In this document: one piece after another, positions 1-13,459 of the stretch
Numbering within the stretch: the first letter of the stretch is position 1
Layout of the letters: each line of letters starts with the position of its first letter
Source of the DNA: Octopus sinensis
Taxonomy: Eukaryota
Direction of reading: 5' to 3'
DNA: 64,000 nt
Assembly: GCF_006345805.1 (NCBI RefSeq)
Contig: NC_042998.1
Location: 190,588,001 to 190,652,000, forward strand
Program-made: the position numbers and the translations under genes
Notes under the pieces: model-generated
Databases searched by the model: none
Told to the model about the DNA's origin: nothing
What the model saw: the letters and a program-made list of their open reading frames with translations, nothing else

Positions 1-207
1 TAGCACGCCGGTGAAATGCGTAGCCGTATTTCGCCTGCCATTATGTTCTGAGTTCAAATTCCGCCGAGGTCGACTTTGCCTTTCATCTTTTCGGGGTCGA
101 TAAATTAAGTACCAGTTACGCACTGGGATCGATGTAATCGACTTAATCCCTTTGTCTGTCTTTGTTTGTCCCCTCTATGTTTAGCCCCTTGTGGGCAATA
201 AAGAAAT
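1..207 (+). mobile_element. SINE family A copy (tRNA-derived), cut by window start
   Basis: B-box-like gagttcaaattcc, core gcctttcatcttttcggggtcgataaa, tail ttagccccttgtgggcaataaagaaat; more than 20 related copies across the window. Confidence 0.85.
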
Positions 208-731
208 ATATATAATGCCTCTCTATTATACTAAGAGTCATTTTAATCTATCGTACTTCTTCCCTACAAAAGCAAACACACGCACATACACAGACTTAAT
301 TATAAATAATCTTTTGGTACTACGACTGCTGAACTGAAAAGGTAGAACATATTGGAATGTAAAAGGAATGAGCGATGAGAAGACTGACGAGAAAACTGAG
401 ACCACTTCTGTTGCTATGATAGAATAAGGGATCGAAACCATTAAGCTGACACCTGGAATCAGAGAAAACTGGTGATGGTCTGTATCAGCAAGGGTCAGCA
501 GTCCCTACTAAAGTTGAAGACCCGCTGAGGTCGACTTTACCTTTCATCCATCCGTGGTCGATAAAATAAGTTACAGTTGAACACTGAGACCAAGGTAGTC
601 AATTTACCCCCACCCCCAACTCCCTGAAATTGGTGGCCTCGTGCCAAAATTAGAAACCACTATTAAAGTTGAAGACCTACCGAGGTCGACTTTGCTTTTC
701 ATCTTTTCGGAGTCAATAAAATAAGTACCAG

Positions 732-939
732 TTTACTCTTTTACTCTTTTACTTGTTTCAGTCATTTGACTGCGGCCATGCTGGAGCACCGCCATTAGTC
801 GAGCAAATCGACTCCGGGACTTATTCTTTGTAAGCCCAGTACTTATTCTATCGGTCTCTTTTGCCGAACCGCTAAGTGACGGGGACGTAAACACACCAGC
901 ATCGGTTGTCAAGCAATGCTAGGGGGACAAACAGACACA

Positions 940-983
<44 letters not shown>

Positions 984-1146
984 CATATATACGACAGGCT
1001 TCTTTCAGTTTCCGTCTACCAAATCCACTCACAAGGCATTGGTCGGCCCGGGGCTATAGTAGAAGACACTTGCCCAAGATGCCACGCAGTGGGACTGAAC
1101 CCGGAACCATGTGGTTGGTTAGCAAGCTACTTACCACACAGCCACT
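732..1146 (-). mobile_element. SINE family B copy
   Basis: tRNA-like head agtggctgtgtggtaag...ggttcagtccc on minus strand, internal (CA)n/(TA)n, (aagagt)n tail; homologous copies at 3326, 25655, 29768, 35036, 37069, 51388. Confidence 0.85.
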
Positions 1147-1349
1147 TTTGATTGACTAGCCTTTATAATCAAACGTTTTCTGTCCATGACCTGCTCGTCC
1201 ATGTTTACGATCGTGACCAGAACTATATTATTCTACACATCTCTTTTTATGACAGTAGAATGCGATTTGAAAGAAATCTGGGTGCTACTTCTAGCAAGTT
1301 GAGAAACCAATCAATAGTCTTCTGTTTGTCTCACGGTATTTGCATTTCT

Positions 1350-1740
1350 GGAGGCGCAATGGCTCAGTGGTTAGGGCAGCGGACTCGCGGTCATAGGATC
1401 GCGGTTTCGATTCCCAGACCGGGCGTTCTGAGTGTTTATTGAGCGAAAACACCTAAAGCTCCACGAGGCTCCGGCAGGGGATGGTGGTGATCCCTGCTGT
1501 ACTCTTTCACCACAACTTTCTCTCACTCTTACTTCCTGTTTCTATTGTACCTGTATTTCAAAGGGCCGGCCTTGTCACTCTCTGTGTCACGCTGAATATC
1601 CCCGAGAACTACGTTAAGGGTACACGTGTCTGTGGAGTGCTCAGCCACTTACACGTTAATTTCACGAGCAGGCTGTTCCGTTGATTCGGATCAACCGGAA
1701 CCCTCGTCGTCGTAACCGACGGAGTGCTTCCATCCCATCC
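1350..1740 (+). mobile_element. SINE family C (tRNA-Arg-like head), tail type 1
   Basis: Head ggaggcgcaatggctcagtggttagggcagcggactcgcgg...ggtttcgattcc; 12-bp TSD atttgcatttct at 1338-1349 and 1741-1752; may correspond to the octopus OR1/OR2 SINEs (recalled, not verified). Confidence 0.85.
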
Positions 1741-1966
1741 ATTTGCATTTCTAGCTTTCCTCAGTTAGTCAGAGTTTCGAATCTTAGTATGAGAACGCAT
1801 AAAGTATGGTAAAGTTATTTAGAATGGTACCCAATGGAAATCATTAAGATCAGTGTTTAAAAGAACATGTAGATAGTCTGAGAATGGCATTATGAGTGCG
1901 GTAAAAGACAGTTATTCTGAATGTAGAGAGTGGAGATGAGACAAATGTTCATAATGTAGTAAGTAT

Positions 1967-2355
1967 GGATGGAAACACTCCGTCGGTTACGACGACGAGG
2001 GTTCCGGTTGATCCGAATCAACGGAACAGCCTGCTCGTGAAATTAACGTGTAAGTGGCTGAGCACTCCACAGACACGTGCACCCTTAACGTAGTTCTCGG
2101 GGATATTCAGCGTGACACAGAGAGTGACAAGGCCGGCCCTTTGAAATACAGATACAACAGAAACCGGAAGTAAGAGTGAGAGAAAGTTGTGGTGAAAGAG
2201 TACAGCTGGGGTCGCCACCATCCCCTGCAGGAGCCTCGTGGAGCGTTTAGGTGTTTTCGCTCAATAAACACTCACAACGCCCGGTCTGGGAATCGAAACC
2301 GCGATCCTATGACCGCGAGTCCGCTGCCCTAACCACTGGGCCATTGCGCCTCCAC
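1967..2355 (-). mobile_element. SINE family C, tail type 1, inverted relative to the 1350-1740 copy
   Basis: Reverse complement of 1350-1740 over its full length; 12-bp TSD tgtagtaagtat at 1955-1966 and 2356-2367. Confidence 0.85.
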
Positions 2356-3325
2356 TGTAGTAAGTATAGGAGAGAAAGAAACATGCTTTGAATGTAAGAG
2401 AGTAGAGATGACGTAAGCATCATGAATGGCGGACACTGGAATTAAGGGTACATGTTTAGAATTAGTCAGTCTTGTTAATCGTTATAAGCAACTATACTAA
2501 TCGACATACCCTGAGCGCGTATCTCTGATCTACTCGCCAAACTCAGAACACCTCGTCTCAGCCACTCTCTGTACTCACTGAATCACATTTTCCTAAAATT
2601 TGTACTAAAAAACTTATCTTAACTATTTTTCACAACTATCTTCTGTTTATTGTGTAGGAAATCACCTGGTTTTGGTTGCTAGAAGAGTCTTTTCTAGAGG
2701 TCTACATGGACCAGATATCAAGTGTAGTGGAGCAAATGTGACAGACAGTACGAACAGATTAAAACAGGTATAAACTATGTATAACTCAGTCAGGGGCAGA
2801 AGGGCCTTTTAATGATATCCGAGAAGATATCATATAAATGGTGAACTGAGCTAACCGGGGAACTGGTCATAACGGTCTTTACCAAAGACAGGTCTTTTAA
2901 TATCAAGGCTGACCTGAAGACAATGTGCTGATTTTCCTCATGGATATCGCTGATAGGCTGGGTATTTTACCTGGATGAATGCACGAGGGAGCTTTACGTG
3001 ATAATTTGGCCTACACAAAACATATCTCTCAAATTATATTCTACTATCAGGGAGTCCTTGTGGAGAGAGAATATCAGTTGATAATATTTAGTATTGGAAA
3101 AGGCGGGGAATTGTCAGGTTCTCTAGTGTGATGGACAAAATTCTTTCGTTACTGTCCCTTAGGTCTATCTACAGAATTTAATTACTGATCTTTTGTTCTC
3201 AGTTCATTCCTTCAAGGGTCGATAAAATAAATGCCAGTCAAGTACTGGGTTTGCTATGATTCGATTATACCCTCCCCTAAAATTTTTAACCTTGTGCCAA
3301 TGTTAGAAATCAACATTTTTCATGT

Positions 3326-3511
3326 GCGCAGGAGTGGCTGTGTGGTAAGTAGCTTGCTAACCAACCACACGGTTCCGGGTTCAGTCCCACTACGTGGCAT
3401 CTTGGGCAAGTGTCTTCTGCTATAGCCTCGGGCCGACCAATGCCTTGTGAGTGGATTTGGTAGACGGAAACTGAAAGAAGCCTGTCGCATATATGTATGT
3501 ATGTATATATA

Positions 3512-3562
<51 letters not shown>

Positions 3563-3785
3563 GTGTGTGTGTGTATTTGTGTGTCTGTGTTTGTCCCCCT
3601 AGCATTGCTTGACAACCGATGCTGGTGTGTTTACGTCCCCGTCACTTAGCGGTTCGGCAGTAGAGACCGATAGAATAAGTACTGGGCTTACAAAAGAATA
3701 AGTCCCGGGGTCGATTTGCTCGACTAAAGGCGGTGCTCCAGCATGGCCACAGTCAAATGACTGAAACAAGTAAAATAGTAAAAGA
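3326..3785 (+). mobile_element. SINE family B copy
   Basis: Head gcgcaggagtggctgtgtggtaag, internal (TA)n(TG)n, tail aaacaagtaaaa. Confidence 0.85.
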
Positions 3786-4213
3786 GAGAGAGAGAGAGAG
3801 TCGTTGCGGTATTCAGTTAGATGCTTTTTACTCTGCTTTCAACCACACGGAGGTTAACATTAGTTCTCATCCTTCGTGGATCGATAAAATAAAGTATTAG
3901 TCAAGTAGGGGGCTCGATTTAATCGACTATACCTTCCCCAAAATTTTGTGGCTTTTTACCAAAGTTCTAAATTAATATTTACCATGCAAGAAAGAATACG
4001 GATGAGTCGAAGAATGTGGAGTGTTAGGTGAAGATATATTGTAGGAATCACATTATAAGAAGCGAAAATAGATTTATATAAATTTTGAAATAAAATACTA
4101 CAAGTGAATTGACCTTACACTTTATAAACAGGAATAATTCAAGTTGTCTTGAAGAACTTCTGCCTGAACACTTCCATAGAATTACAGGAGAAAGTAACGA
4201 AGCGAAGAAGCAC

Positions 4214-4332
<119 letters not shown>

Positions 4333-6215
4333 CAGAGGAAGAGAAGGCGGGCGAGAGAGATTATGGTTGGTTGGGAGAAAGCCACAATGTAAGAATTAAA
4401 AGCTGCCTTCACCTTTTTTTAGTGAAAGGTTATTGTCCTGTTGGTGATGTTTAGTGCCGGGTTAATTCAGATCAAGTATACCTATGATCAGAAGCGTTCC
4501 ACTTGTGACCATTCCAGCTTTTCTTTATGAAGCACTGTATCTATGAACACGTTATCCAAAGTGTCCTTCCTTATTTAAGACGATAGTGTAATTTGAGGTA
4601 AATTCGGCAGTTATTTATAGTAACCGAATATTCATACAGATGTTCACTCATTGGCTTGGTTAAGTACTAGTAATATAATTAGACCGAGTTAATCATTGTG
4701 CCTCCCGCCAAAAAGAAAAACAAAATGTCCTTGTACCAATATTAGAAATTATTCACTTTCATTCCTAGCCTAGGACTAAACCCCCACCACTGCTTTCAGT
4801 CTTGTTTTAGCTATTAAACCGTGACAATTCAAATCAAACATGAGTTCCATGCTCATACAACAACCAAACTTGCCATTTATAGAAGTTAATTAAATATTAG
4901 CATGAAAATTAATTAAACATTTAATCGTTTACTTCATACCCACACTTTGAAACGAACTCAAAAAATCAGTAGAACAAAAAATATATTAATAATAGCTACA
5001 AAGGGTAAATAAGAATCTGGAACAGGTTATTCATGATCGGCATATCTTTGTGCATAGATCCGCTTGAGTAGGACTGAACAGCTGGTGATGGTGGATGTGG
5101 TGGCTGAACAACAATAACGACAAAAACTGGAAAAGTGAGAAGCAAAGTCGGTTGCATTGTAACTAGAAACTTAAAGGGCGCTTAAAGGGCGTTCGTAATT
5201 AAATCTTAGGCCTGTCATTAGTTTCCGGCTCATTAATCTGTAGCTTATCCTGGTGGTTTCCATGGGGTATAAGCTAGTACGAGTACAATACTGCTTCCCC
5301 CAACTGAGCGGGGCACCAACTTGTCGCAAGTTTACTACCCCACCGGCTGCTACTGGTATTCATTTTCAGTGGAGTAAATTGGGACAATGTGAAATGAAAT
5401 GTTTTGTCCAAGGACGCAGCTCGTCTACCGGTCTAAAAATTGAAACTTCCGATTGTGGGTTCACTACATCTAGCCACTAGTTCACGCGCCTTCACTACAT
5501 CATTGAATGCTAAGAGGTTTTCAGTCCGTCACTTTTACTGGTTTTGCCATTCATTACTATGTAGGAAAGAACAAGAGTATGAAAATAAAGATGAAGTAAA
5601 CTTTAAATGAAAGTACAAAGATTCATCGTTTCAGAGAAGCAGAGGTTGTGTTGTGGTTGTGGTTGATAGCGTTGTATTCAGGTGTCGAATCAGCAGAATG
5701 GTCAGAGCATTAGATAGAATCTACTGCAGTATTTTCCTTGACTTTCTGATTTCAGGGTTGATAAAGATGTATAAATCCAGGTTGGCAGATTGGAGGAATT
5801 ATTAGAAGATTGGATAAGAGGGTCTTCTTTTATTTCTTTCGGCTCTTTGCGTTCTGACAGCAGCAAAGCTTGTGATTACATTGTCGGTCCAAGCTGGCGG
5901 CCGTTTTGTTTTTCTTAATAAACAACGACAGTGTAGAGAGGGTAATTGCATGAATGGACAACTGCTAGTCTTCCTCAAAAATTCATACTCAATCCTGCGC
6001 ATATATGTGCAGATACACATGTTTGACCTTGACTGACGGAGGCCTCATATAAAATACATTTTGGCGGTTGTCTATATTTACAATTTTTTTTTATTTTCAT
6101 GGCTTAGTCAGAGGAAGAAGAAACTTCGAAACTTTCAGGAGGAAGGAAGAAAGTTATCTTTAGAGCAGAGACTTCATCCCAATTAGTTTTGAAAGGTTTG
6201 ACTCCAATAAAACTA

Positions 6216-6717
6216 CCGTAAATCCTCGAGTATAATCCGCACTTTTTTCCCAAAATTTAAAGGTCAAAATCCTTAGTGCGTATTATATACGAGGTTAAAA
6301 ATGAAATTTACTTTCTAAGCAATGTCCGAGTCTCTATTTGCTGTTTATTCAGACGCATTTTGTGATGTTGGGCGCGAAAATACCTGAAGCTAAGCCTGAA
6401 AGCAATGGAGTCATAAAAGAATCATCCATAACTTGCAGTAAGCAACATTTATTAAACGTTATTACTGTTATTTCTTTATTTTCTGCGAACAAAATGCACA
6501 AAAAAGCTACACGTTTGCATCATGTTATATATACAATAATAATAAAAGACGTTACCGTATACAGTTTTACAAGCCAAGCACGTTATATAGACCTCCTTGA
6601 CTCAAGTTAGAGAAGGGGTGCGTATTATACACAAGGTTTAGGCCTTTCAGAGGTACAGCCCCCTAAAAATCCCCTGCGTATTATACTCAAGGGCGGACTA
6701 TACTCGAGGATTTACGG
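6216..6717. mobile_element. Non-autonomous Tc1/mariner-superfamily MITE (Tc2/pogo-like ends)
   Basis: 25-bp TIRs ccgtaaatcctcgagtata(a/g)tccgc (24/25 match), TA on both flanks (6214-6215, 6718-6719), subterminal gcgtattata motif at about 6278, 6620 and 6676; no transposase. Confidence 0.9.
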
Positions 6718-7597
6718 TACCCAAAGGCCAGGTAATGGAGATAAATTAGGTGACAGACATCTACCACCCACTACCTAGATAATCTTGTTACGTTTTCATG
6801 CATATGATCGTATATTTCTCAGTTTATCTTTTACATCTTCATTTAATCATCTGTAATCAAATTCCTAACAGAGTGTTCACTGAACATTAGCAAAAAAGTA
6901 TTAGGTTAAAAGAAGACGAACCAACGACTTCTTTTCCAATTGTAACTATTTCCCTTCAGGTACGCCACTAACACTAATATTACAGAGAAAGGCATGAACA
7001 TTCTTATACCTAACTTTGGACTAGTTTAAAAGCCATGGGTTTCTTAGAATGTCTTATTAAAAAGTGAAAATCTAATTTCCCTCATTCCTGTAATCAATTG
7101 GTTGAATTCCTTTATCCTTTTGTCACTACGAGAGGAGATACACGAGCGAGCCTCAGATGGAATAACTTTACTTGCTAGAAATAGCAACTAAATCTGCCTC
7201 AAACCACAACTTAGACGTAAAAAGGAATGATGTATTGGATAATATAGTTTTAAAGGCAATATGACTAAAAATAAGATGATGGGATGGCTACGGGTGGAAT
7301 CCTTTCTACTATAAATCGGCTCAGTCAGGGTAGATATACGCTAAGCAAAGACAGAAAGTAACTAGCCATGGTATAAATTCTTAGTGGTTAATCGACTGGC
7401 TAGAAATAATAGCTAAATTTCCTTTAAATCACACGCAACTGTATTAAAATAAATATCTGACACTACAAGGGGTAATATAATATTAGATAAAGGTTGCTTG
7501 AAAGCAAAATATGTGTTGGTTACAAGAACGTTTTGGACATAGGCCCACTGTTTCAGGACCGACAGTAAGTTTCAATACCAATCAGCATCACCAGCAG

Positions 7598-7934
7598 TGG
7601 AGGCGCAATGGCCCAGTGGTTAGGGCAGCGGACTCGCGGTCGGGGTATCGCGGTTTCGATTCCCAGACCGGGCGTTGTGTGTGTTTATTGAGCGAAAACA
7701 CCTAAAGCTCCACGAGGCTCCGGCAGTGGGTGGTGGCGACCTCTGTTGTACTCTTTCGCTCCAACTTTCTCTCACTCTTTCTTCCTGTTTCTTGTCCCCG
7801 ACTTCCTACGCAACCGCTGAGCCTGGATGCACATTCATCCATCCGTCGATGCTCTCGGCGTCGGGGGTTGACCTGCTTTCTCTTCTGCGGGTCTTACGAG
7901 CACTGGGACGAAGACCGCTTCGCTCAACAAACAA
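7598..7934 (+). mobile_element. SINE family C, tail type 2
   Basis: Same head and core as the 1350 copy but a different 3' part; 14-bp TSD agcatcaccagcag at 7584-7597 and 7935-7948. Confidence 0.85.
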
Positions 7935-9059
7935 AGCATCACCAGCAGCACCATGTTATATTGAAGTAATTTTCCTTTTTCTTTTTTTTGCCCCCCACAA
8001 AAAAACCAAGTCAATTCCATTAACCCTGAGACTACCTACCAGATTTAGTTCGTTTTTATGTATTTTCTGAACGATACTATTTGAAATTCCTTAGTTTGTT
8101 ATTGGTTGTTTAGCACCAAGTCAGTTTTGATCTAATAAAAACTAATAAAAATGGCTCAATGTATTCTTGCTGTGATCATGCCATCTCCTTTATAACCACT
8201 GTTACATCGTAGAGGAGCGGTGAGTTGGCAGAGTCATTTGATCGTCGGATAAAATTCCTTGCAGCATTTGTTCCTACTCTTTGTACTTTGTATTCAACTC
8301 CTGCCGGGGTCAGCTTTATTTTTCATTCTTGCGGGGTCGATCAATGAAGTACCAGTCCAGGACTGTGGCTTAGCGGAATTGTTAAGCGATATGTTCTGGC
8401 TTTTCGCTTTCTGATGGCAAAACCTACAAGGTGGTACGCTGTGTCAAACTTTGCCTTCCTAAGGGCAATATTAAGAGTGGAGAGAAGATGACGAGTTGAC
8501 CGTATCGTTAGCACGCTAGGCAACATGCTTAGCGGCATTTCGTCCGTCTTCACGTTCTGAGTTCAGATTCTGCAGAAGTCGACTTTGCCTTTCATCCTTT
8601 CGGGGCCGATAAAATAAGTACTAGCGGAACACTGGGGTTGATATAAATCGACTTAAACCCTCCCCTGAACTTGTTGGTCTTGAGTCAAAGTTTGAAATCA
8701 ATATTATGAGTGGAGAGAGAGAGGGAGAGAGGAGACTTGCATGTATAGTTTATTGTTTGTGCTTACATAAATGTGTGATTACGAGCAAAACACTACCCCG
8801 TAGTGCTGAATCATATCTGCTGAATAAAAAGCAATCAGTGTTTTCTTTTCATTAAAAAATAATTAAGTATGCTTTTAAATCAATAAAATTTTTGGTTTTG
8901 TTAAACGAAGTTAAGGCAAAAAGAAAAAAAACTTCTTGAGAAACCAAATAGTCTTTCCTTCCTTCATACCAAGTTTGAAGAAAATATCTCTTTTACATCT
9001 TACGTTTGTGGTCCCTTAAATATACTACATTTTGTGGCATTATTTCAAGCCAACCGGCT

Positions 9060-9327
9060 TTTTCTGCGCAAACTGGACGTGCATTTTTCTCTCGTACGCG
9101 TAGTATTGATCGCAACAGCTGATGTCCTTGCGCGTACAAATGCACGTTCCCACGGTTTTATCGATCGCATTCCCACCTGGAATCAATTTTTGTAATTTTT
9201 TCAAGACTTATACATGCCCTGATACCGTCGGTATCTACATATCAAATTTGAGTGCAATCGGATGGAGGATGCCCGAGACCCTAGAAGACACACAGACAGA
9301 CAGACAGAACGGATTTTATATAGTAGA
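9060..9327 (-). mobile_element. 5' part of a non-autonomous Helitron-like element
   Basis: Minus-strand start a^tctactatataaaa followed by (ctgt)n, a typical non-autonomous Helitron layout; 3' CTAG end not found. Confidence 0.5.
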
Positions 9328-9956
9328 TAATTGTACATGTGTATACAGATGTAGCGTTATTATTCGGTTTCAAGTTAAGGCTGGCTGAAAGATGGAGAAT
9401 ACTATTTCTTTTATGTAGCAACTCATAAATTGATTTGCTTTTGTTTTAACACCTGACTTCAAGAAGTAACGTATGTAGAATCGTCTGTTCGACTAAACCC
9501 TATTGTATATAGAGTGGTCTTTATTCCAAGTGGCGTTTTGTGTAGACTAAGTATTTTTCTGTTGACGGTAATGTGTGTAAAATGAAACTATAATTTGTTA
9601 ACAACTGTGTGTAGAATAAAGCTGACTGATTAGGTACGCCTATTGTCGCATAATTCTCTCTACTATAGGCATAAGGCCTGAAATGTTTGGGGAAGGCCTT
9701 ATACTTATTTTAAGGATGAAGAGCAAAGTCGACCTCGACGGAATATGAAGGAAGATCTTAAACTGCTAGAACAAATGCCGCCAAGCATTTTGTTCGACGA
9801 GCTAACGATTCTGCTGGCTCGCTACCTTGCCTATTGATCTTATCTACTGTAGATACAAGATTTTGGAGGAAGGGGCTAGTTGATTATATCGACCCCAGTG
9901 CCTGACTGGTACTTATTTTATCACCCCCAAATCTATTGATATATAATAGTACTAAA

Positions 9957-10430
9957 AGGTGGTGAGCTGGTAGAATCGTTAGCACGCTGGGCGAAATGCT
10001 TAGCGTTATTTCGTCTGCCGCTACGTTCTGAGTTCAAATTTCATCGGGGTCGACTTAGCCTTTCATCCTTTCGGGGTCGATTAAATAAGTACCTATTTCT
10101 TTATTACCCACAAGGGGTTAAGCACAGAGGGGACAAACAAAGACAGACATAGGTATTAAGTCGATTACATCGACTCCAGTACGTAACTGGTACTTAATTT
10201 ATCGACCCCGAAGGGATGAAAGGCAAAGTCGACCTCGGCGGAATTTGCACTCACAACGTAACGACAGACGAAATACCGCTAAGCATTTCGCCCGGCGTGC
10301 TAACGTTTCTGCCAGCTCGCCGATTAAATAAGTACCAGTTACGTACTGGGGTCGATATAATCGACTTAATCCGTTTGTCTGTCCTTGTTTGTCCTTTCTG
10401 TGTTTAGCCCCTTGTGGGCAGTAAAGAAAT
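9957..10430 (+). mobile_element. SINE A with an antisense SINE A copy (10094-10320) nested inside
   Basis: 16-bp TSD cgattaaataagtacc at 10078-10093 and 10321-10336 splits the host copy's core. Confidence 0.85.
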
Positions 10431-11805
10431 ATGATACATAATAATACTATAATAACTAATTTAATTTGCCTGTTAATTTAACCGAGGGTGTGAGTTCGAT
10501 TGCGGCTATGAGAGGAAATGTAGCTTACCTATTTTCAGGTAATATTTATTACTAATTAATAATGTTAAAAATTAACCTCATTCCTTACTGCTTTCTTTTA
10601 TTCTTTTACTGATTTCAGTCATTGGCCTGGGGCACCACACCGACGGGTTTAGTCAATCATATCGACCCCACTACTTTTTCCAGTCTGGTGGTTATTTGAT
10701 CGATTGTATTTGTTGAAGTGTAAAGTTACGGGACATAAAGAGACACAATATAAATAAAAAACCGGTTTCAAGATTGGAACCGGTGCAGCAAAAGCACAAA
10801 CATATATAACGATACTAGCACACGTACGTACACAAACACACACACTCACACGCACACACACACACACACACACATACACACACACACACACATGTATACG
10901 TTTAAACATACCTACAAATATACACAAAGGTTTACCCATTCACAAGCATAGCTTAAGCACACCTACAATCACACACAGACGTCTATCTATTCACACACAC
11001 ACACACACACACACAAACAGAGCCAACAAACACACAGAGCCTACAAACACACACACACACACAAACAGAGCCAACAAACACACAGAGCCTACAAACACAC
11101 ACAGACGTCTATCCATTCACACACACACAGCCTACAAATACACAGAGATGTCTATCCATTCACACACACACATGTACACATACTCACTTGCCCAAGGTTC
11201 AGTTTGGAGGGATCGAAACCAGAACAACGTGGTTGTGAAGCAGATTTCTTAACCACATCTCTTAAATGTAATTAATACTTATCAACTTCGTTAAGGTGGC
11301 GAGCAGGCAGAATCGTCAGCACGACGTTCTGAGTTCAAATTTCGCCGAGCTTTCGACTTAATCTTTCATTCTTTCGGGAGTCAATAAAATAAGTACCAGT
11401 TGGGGTATCGAGAGTCGATGTATTCCACTTAGTCCGTCCCTCGAAGTTGGTGGCCTTGTGCTAAAATTTGAAGTTAATATTTATTCCCTCCGCCAAGGAA
11501 GGAGGTTATGTTTTCATCGGCGTTGGATTGTCCATCTGTCCGTCTGTGTGCAAAATAACTCAAAAAATTGTAAACAGTAAAAGTTGGTAATGACACAAGG
11601 GACAGATGATGAAATTTTGGTAGTGATCTGGACACTTTTATGGATTCTTGAAGGATTTTTCATTTGTTATATTTACTGTTATATTTACTTTACATGAAGT
11701 ATTACAATGTTACGTTTGAAAAGTTTCTGGGATTATCTTCCTTGAAAACACATTCATGGTTTTCACGTAACGTATAGTGGCATTGCTGCTTCCAAAGTTT
11801 TATTT

Positions 11806-12730
11806 TCGCTTCTGTAGATAAAAGATGCGCCGAAACTTGATGTGAACACTGATGAAGAAATCGCTATATTCATCGACCAGCACCAGACGTGCATCATTCC
11901 AAGAGAAGAAGAGAGCGATTTGAGACAGGTCGTTTTCGCTCTTCAGGAGCATGTGAACTCAGCAACATGCCGAAGAGGTGGATCATGAAGATTCCATTTC
12001 CCTCATTACCTCTCTTCTGAAACTGTGATTGCTCGCCAGCCTGACGTAGACGACTTTATAGTTGAAATGCTCAACGCTAAAGCAGATATCTTCAAAAACG
12101 TCAGCGATGTCATGGAAGACAAGGACGTTCCCGAGGTTACTTCCTTCGAAGATTTCCTGAAAAAGGCTGATGTCAACCCGCAGGAATACCCGGGTGTGGT
12201 GAAACTAGGGAAATCGGAGAAACAGGTGGTATTGGAGCGTCAACCTTCAGAAAGGTGGATCAACCAGTATAATCCGAATATCCTCAAAACCTGGCGCGCT
12301 GACATAGACCTGCAGTTCATCATGGACCCATACTCGTGCATCAAGTACATCACCAGTTACATGATGAAAAGTGAAGAGGGCTATGAGTGAACTGCCGAAA
12401 AAAGTAGCTGAAGAAAGCAGAGGTGAAGACTTGAAATCAAAACTGAGAAAAGTAGGATCAGCTTTTTCTGAACAACAGGGAAGTTAGTGCTCAGCGGGCT
12501 GCCTACAGGATCCTCTCCCTGCTACTGAAAAGGACCAGTCAAAAAGTGGTGTTTCTCAACACTGCACCAAAAGACAAACGCGTGTCCATGCTTAAGCCCC
12601 AGAAGATCCTCCAAGGTATGAACAAAGACGATGAAGATATCTATTGTACGTCACTTCTTGACCGCTATGCCACGTGACCCGATATTCTTGAAGATATGTG
12701 CTTTGTAGAATTTGCAGCCACTTACACAAT
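11806..12730 (+). pseudogene. Helentron Rep (rolling-circle initiator) C-terminal half
   Basis: SLL*IKDAP...FIDQHQTC, YNPNILKTWRADIDLQFIMDPYSCIKYITSYMMKSE (motif 3 tyrosines), REVSAQRAAYRILSL; stops and frameshifts; HUH motif absent. Confidence 0.85.
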
Positions 12731-13459
12731 TGGAGGAAAAGATACTCCTGATGATGCAGCTGACCACATCCCTGATGTTTTAGACGGAAGTGATGGCATC
12801 GAAGGTAGTGGCAATAACTCAGATACCGGAGAAATTGCAGACAAACTTCAGAAAGTTATCACTCTAAAAAACAGCTTGGAATGCATGAAAAAACAGGAAA
12901 GCGCCATTGCATCATAAAGTTCAACAAAGAAAAGAAGGAAGGAGAAGGCCGATACAGGAACCTGCTGATGCTTTACTATCCATGGCGAGATGAAGAGATT
13001 GATTTGAAAGCTGACTATCCATCCTACCAAGAACACTACGAAAGCGTCGAAGCTGCTATCCATTCTAACGAAGCCATGTTCAGTGTTAACGCTACTGAAC
13101 TGGACAGAGCCTATGACGATTTGAAAAGGATGGGACCTCTCGAGGATGCCTGGGATACTGTGGCCTCAAATGTGGAGTTCCAACATGCGGAAGAAGACGA
13201 AGGTGTTGTACAGGAAAGGGAGCTCCCACAGGAAGATCAATTAAGAAATGTCGATCTAGCTCTAGAGGTGTCAGGTAATTGCTCAGAGCTTCATGATCGT
13301 TTCACTGCAGAGCTTAGTAAGGTCCTAATGAATCCTAAGCAGTACAGGGCTATGATGCGGTCGCTGAGCAAAAAGCAGATGGAAGTTGTCATGTTTCATC
13401 GAAAGTGGTGTAAATATGCGATCTTTGCTCTGAAACATGAACGACCAATGCCGCAGTAC

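Noticed and set aside
906-1151. Recurrent MSSNARG... and MLGGQTQT... ORFs (also near 3310, 25829, 29953, 34975, 37064)
   Set aside because: Antisense translations of SINE B; recurrence reflects repeat copies, not a gene family.
1350-1425. tRNA-Arg gene (also other SINE heads)
   Set aside because: The head runs straight into SINE core and tail inside a TSD, and a full cloverleaf with acceptor stem is not evident.
2400-3200. Possible decayed LINE fragment
   Set aside because: No recognisable RT or endonuclease motifs by eye.
11797-11817. Splice acceptor (ttttattttcgcttctgtag) into the Rep region
   Set aside because: The preceding codons read SLL in frame with IKDAP, so TAG is better explained as a mutated TGG (Trp); not fully excluded.
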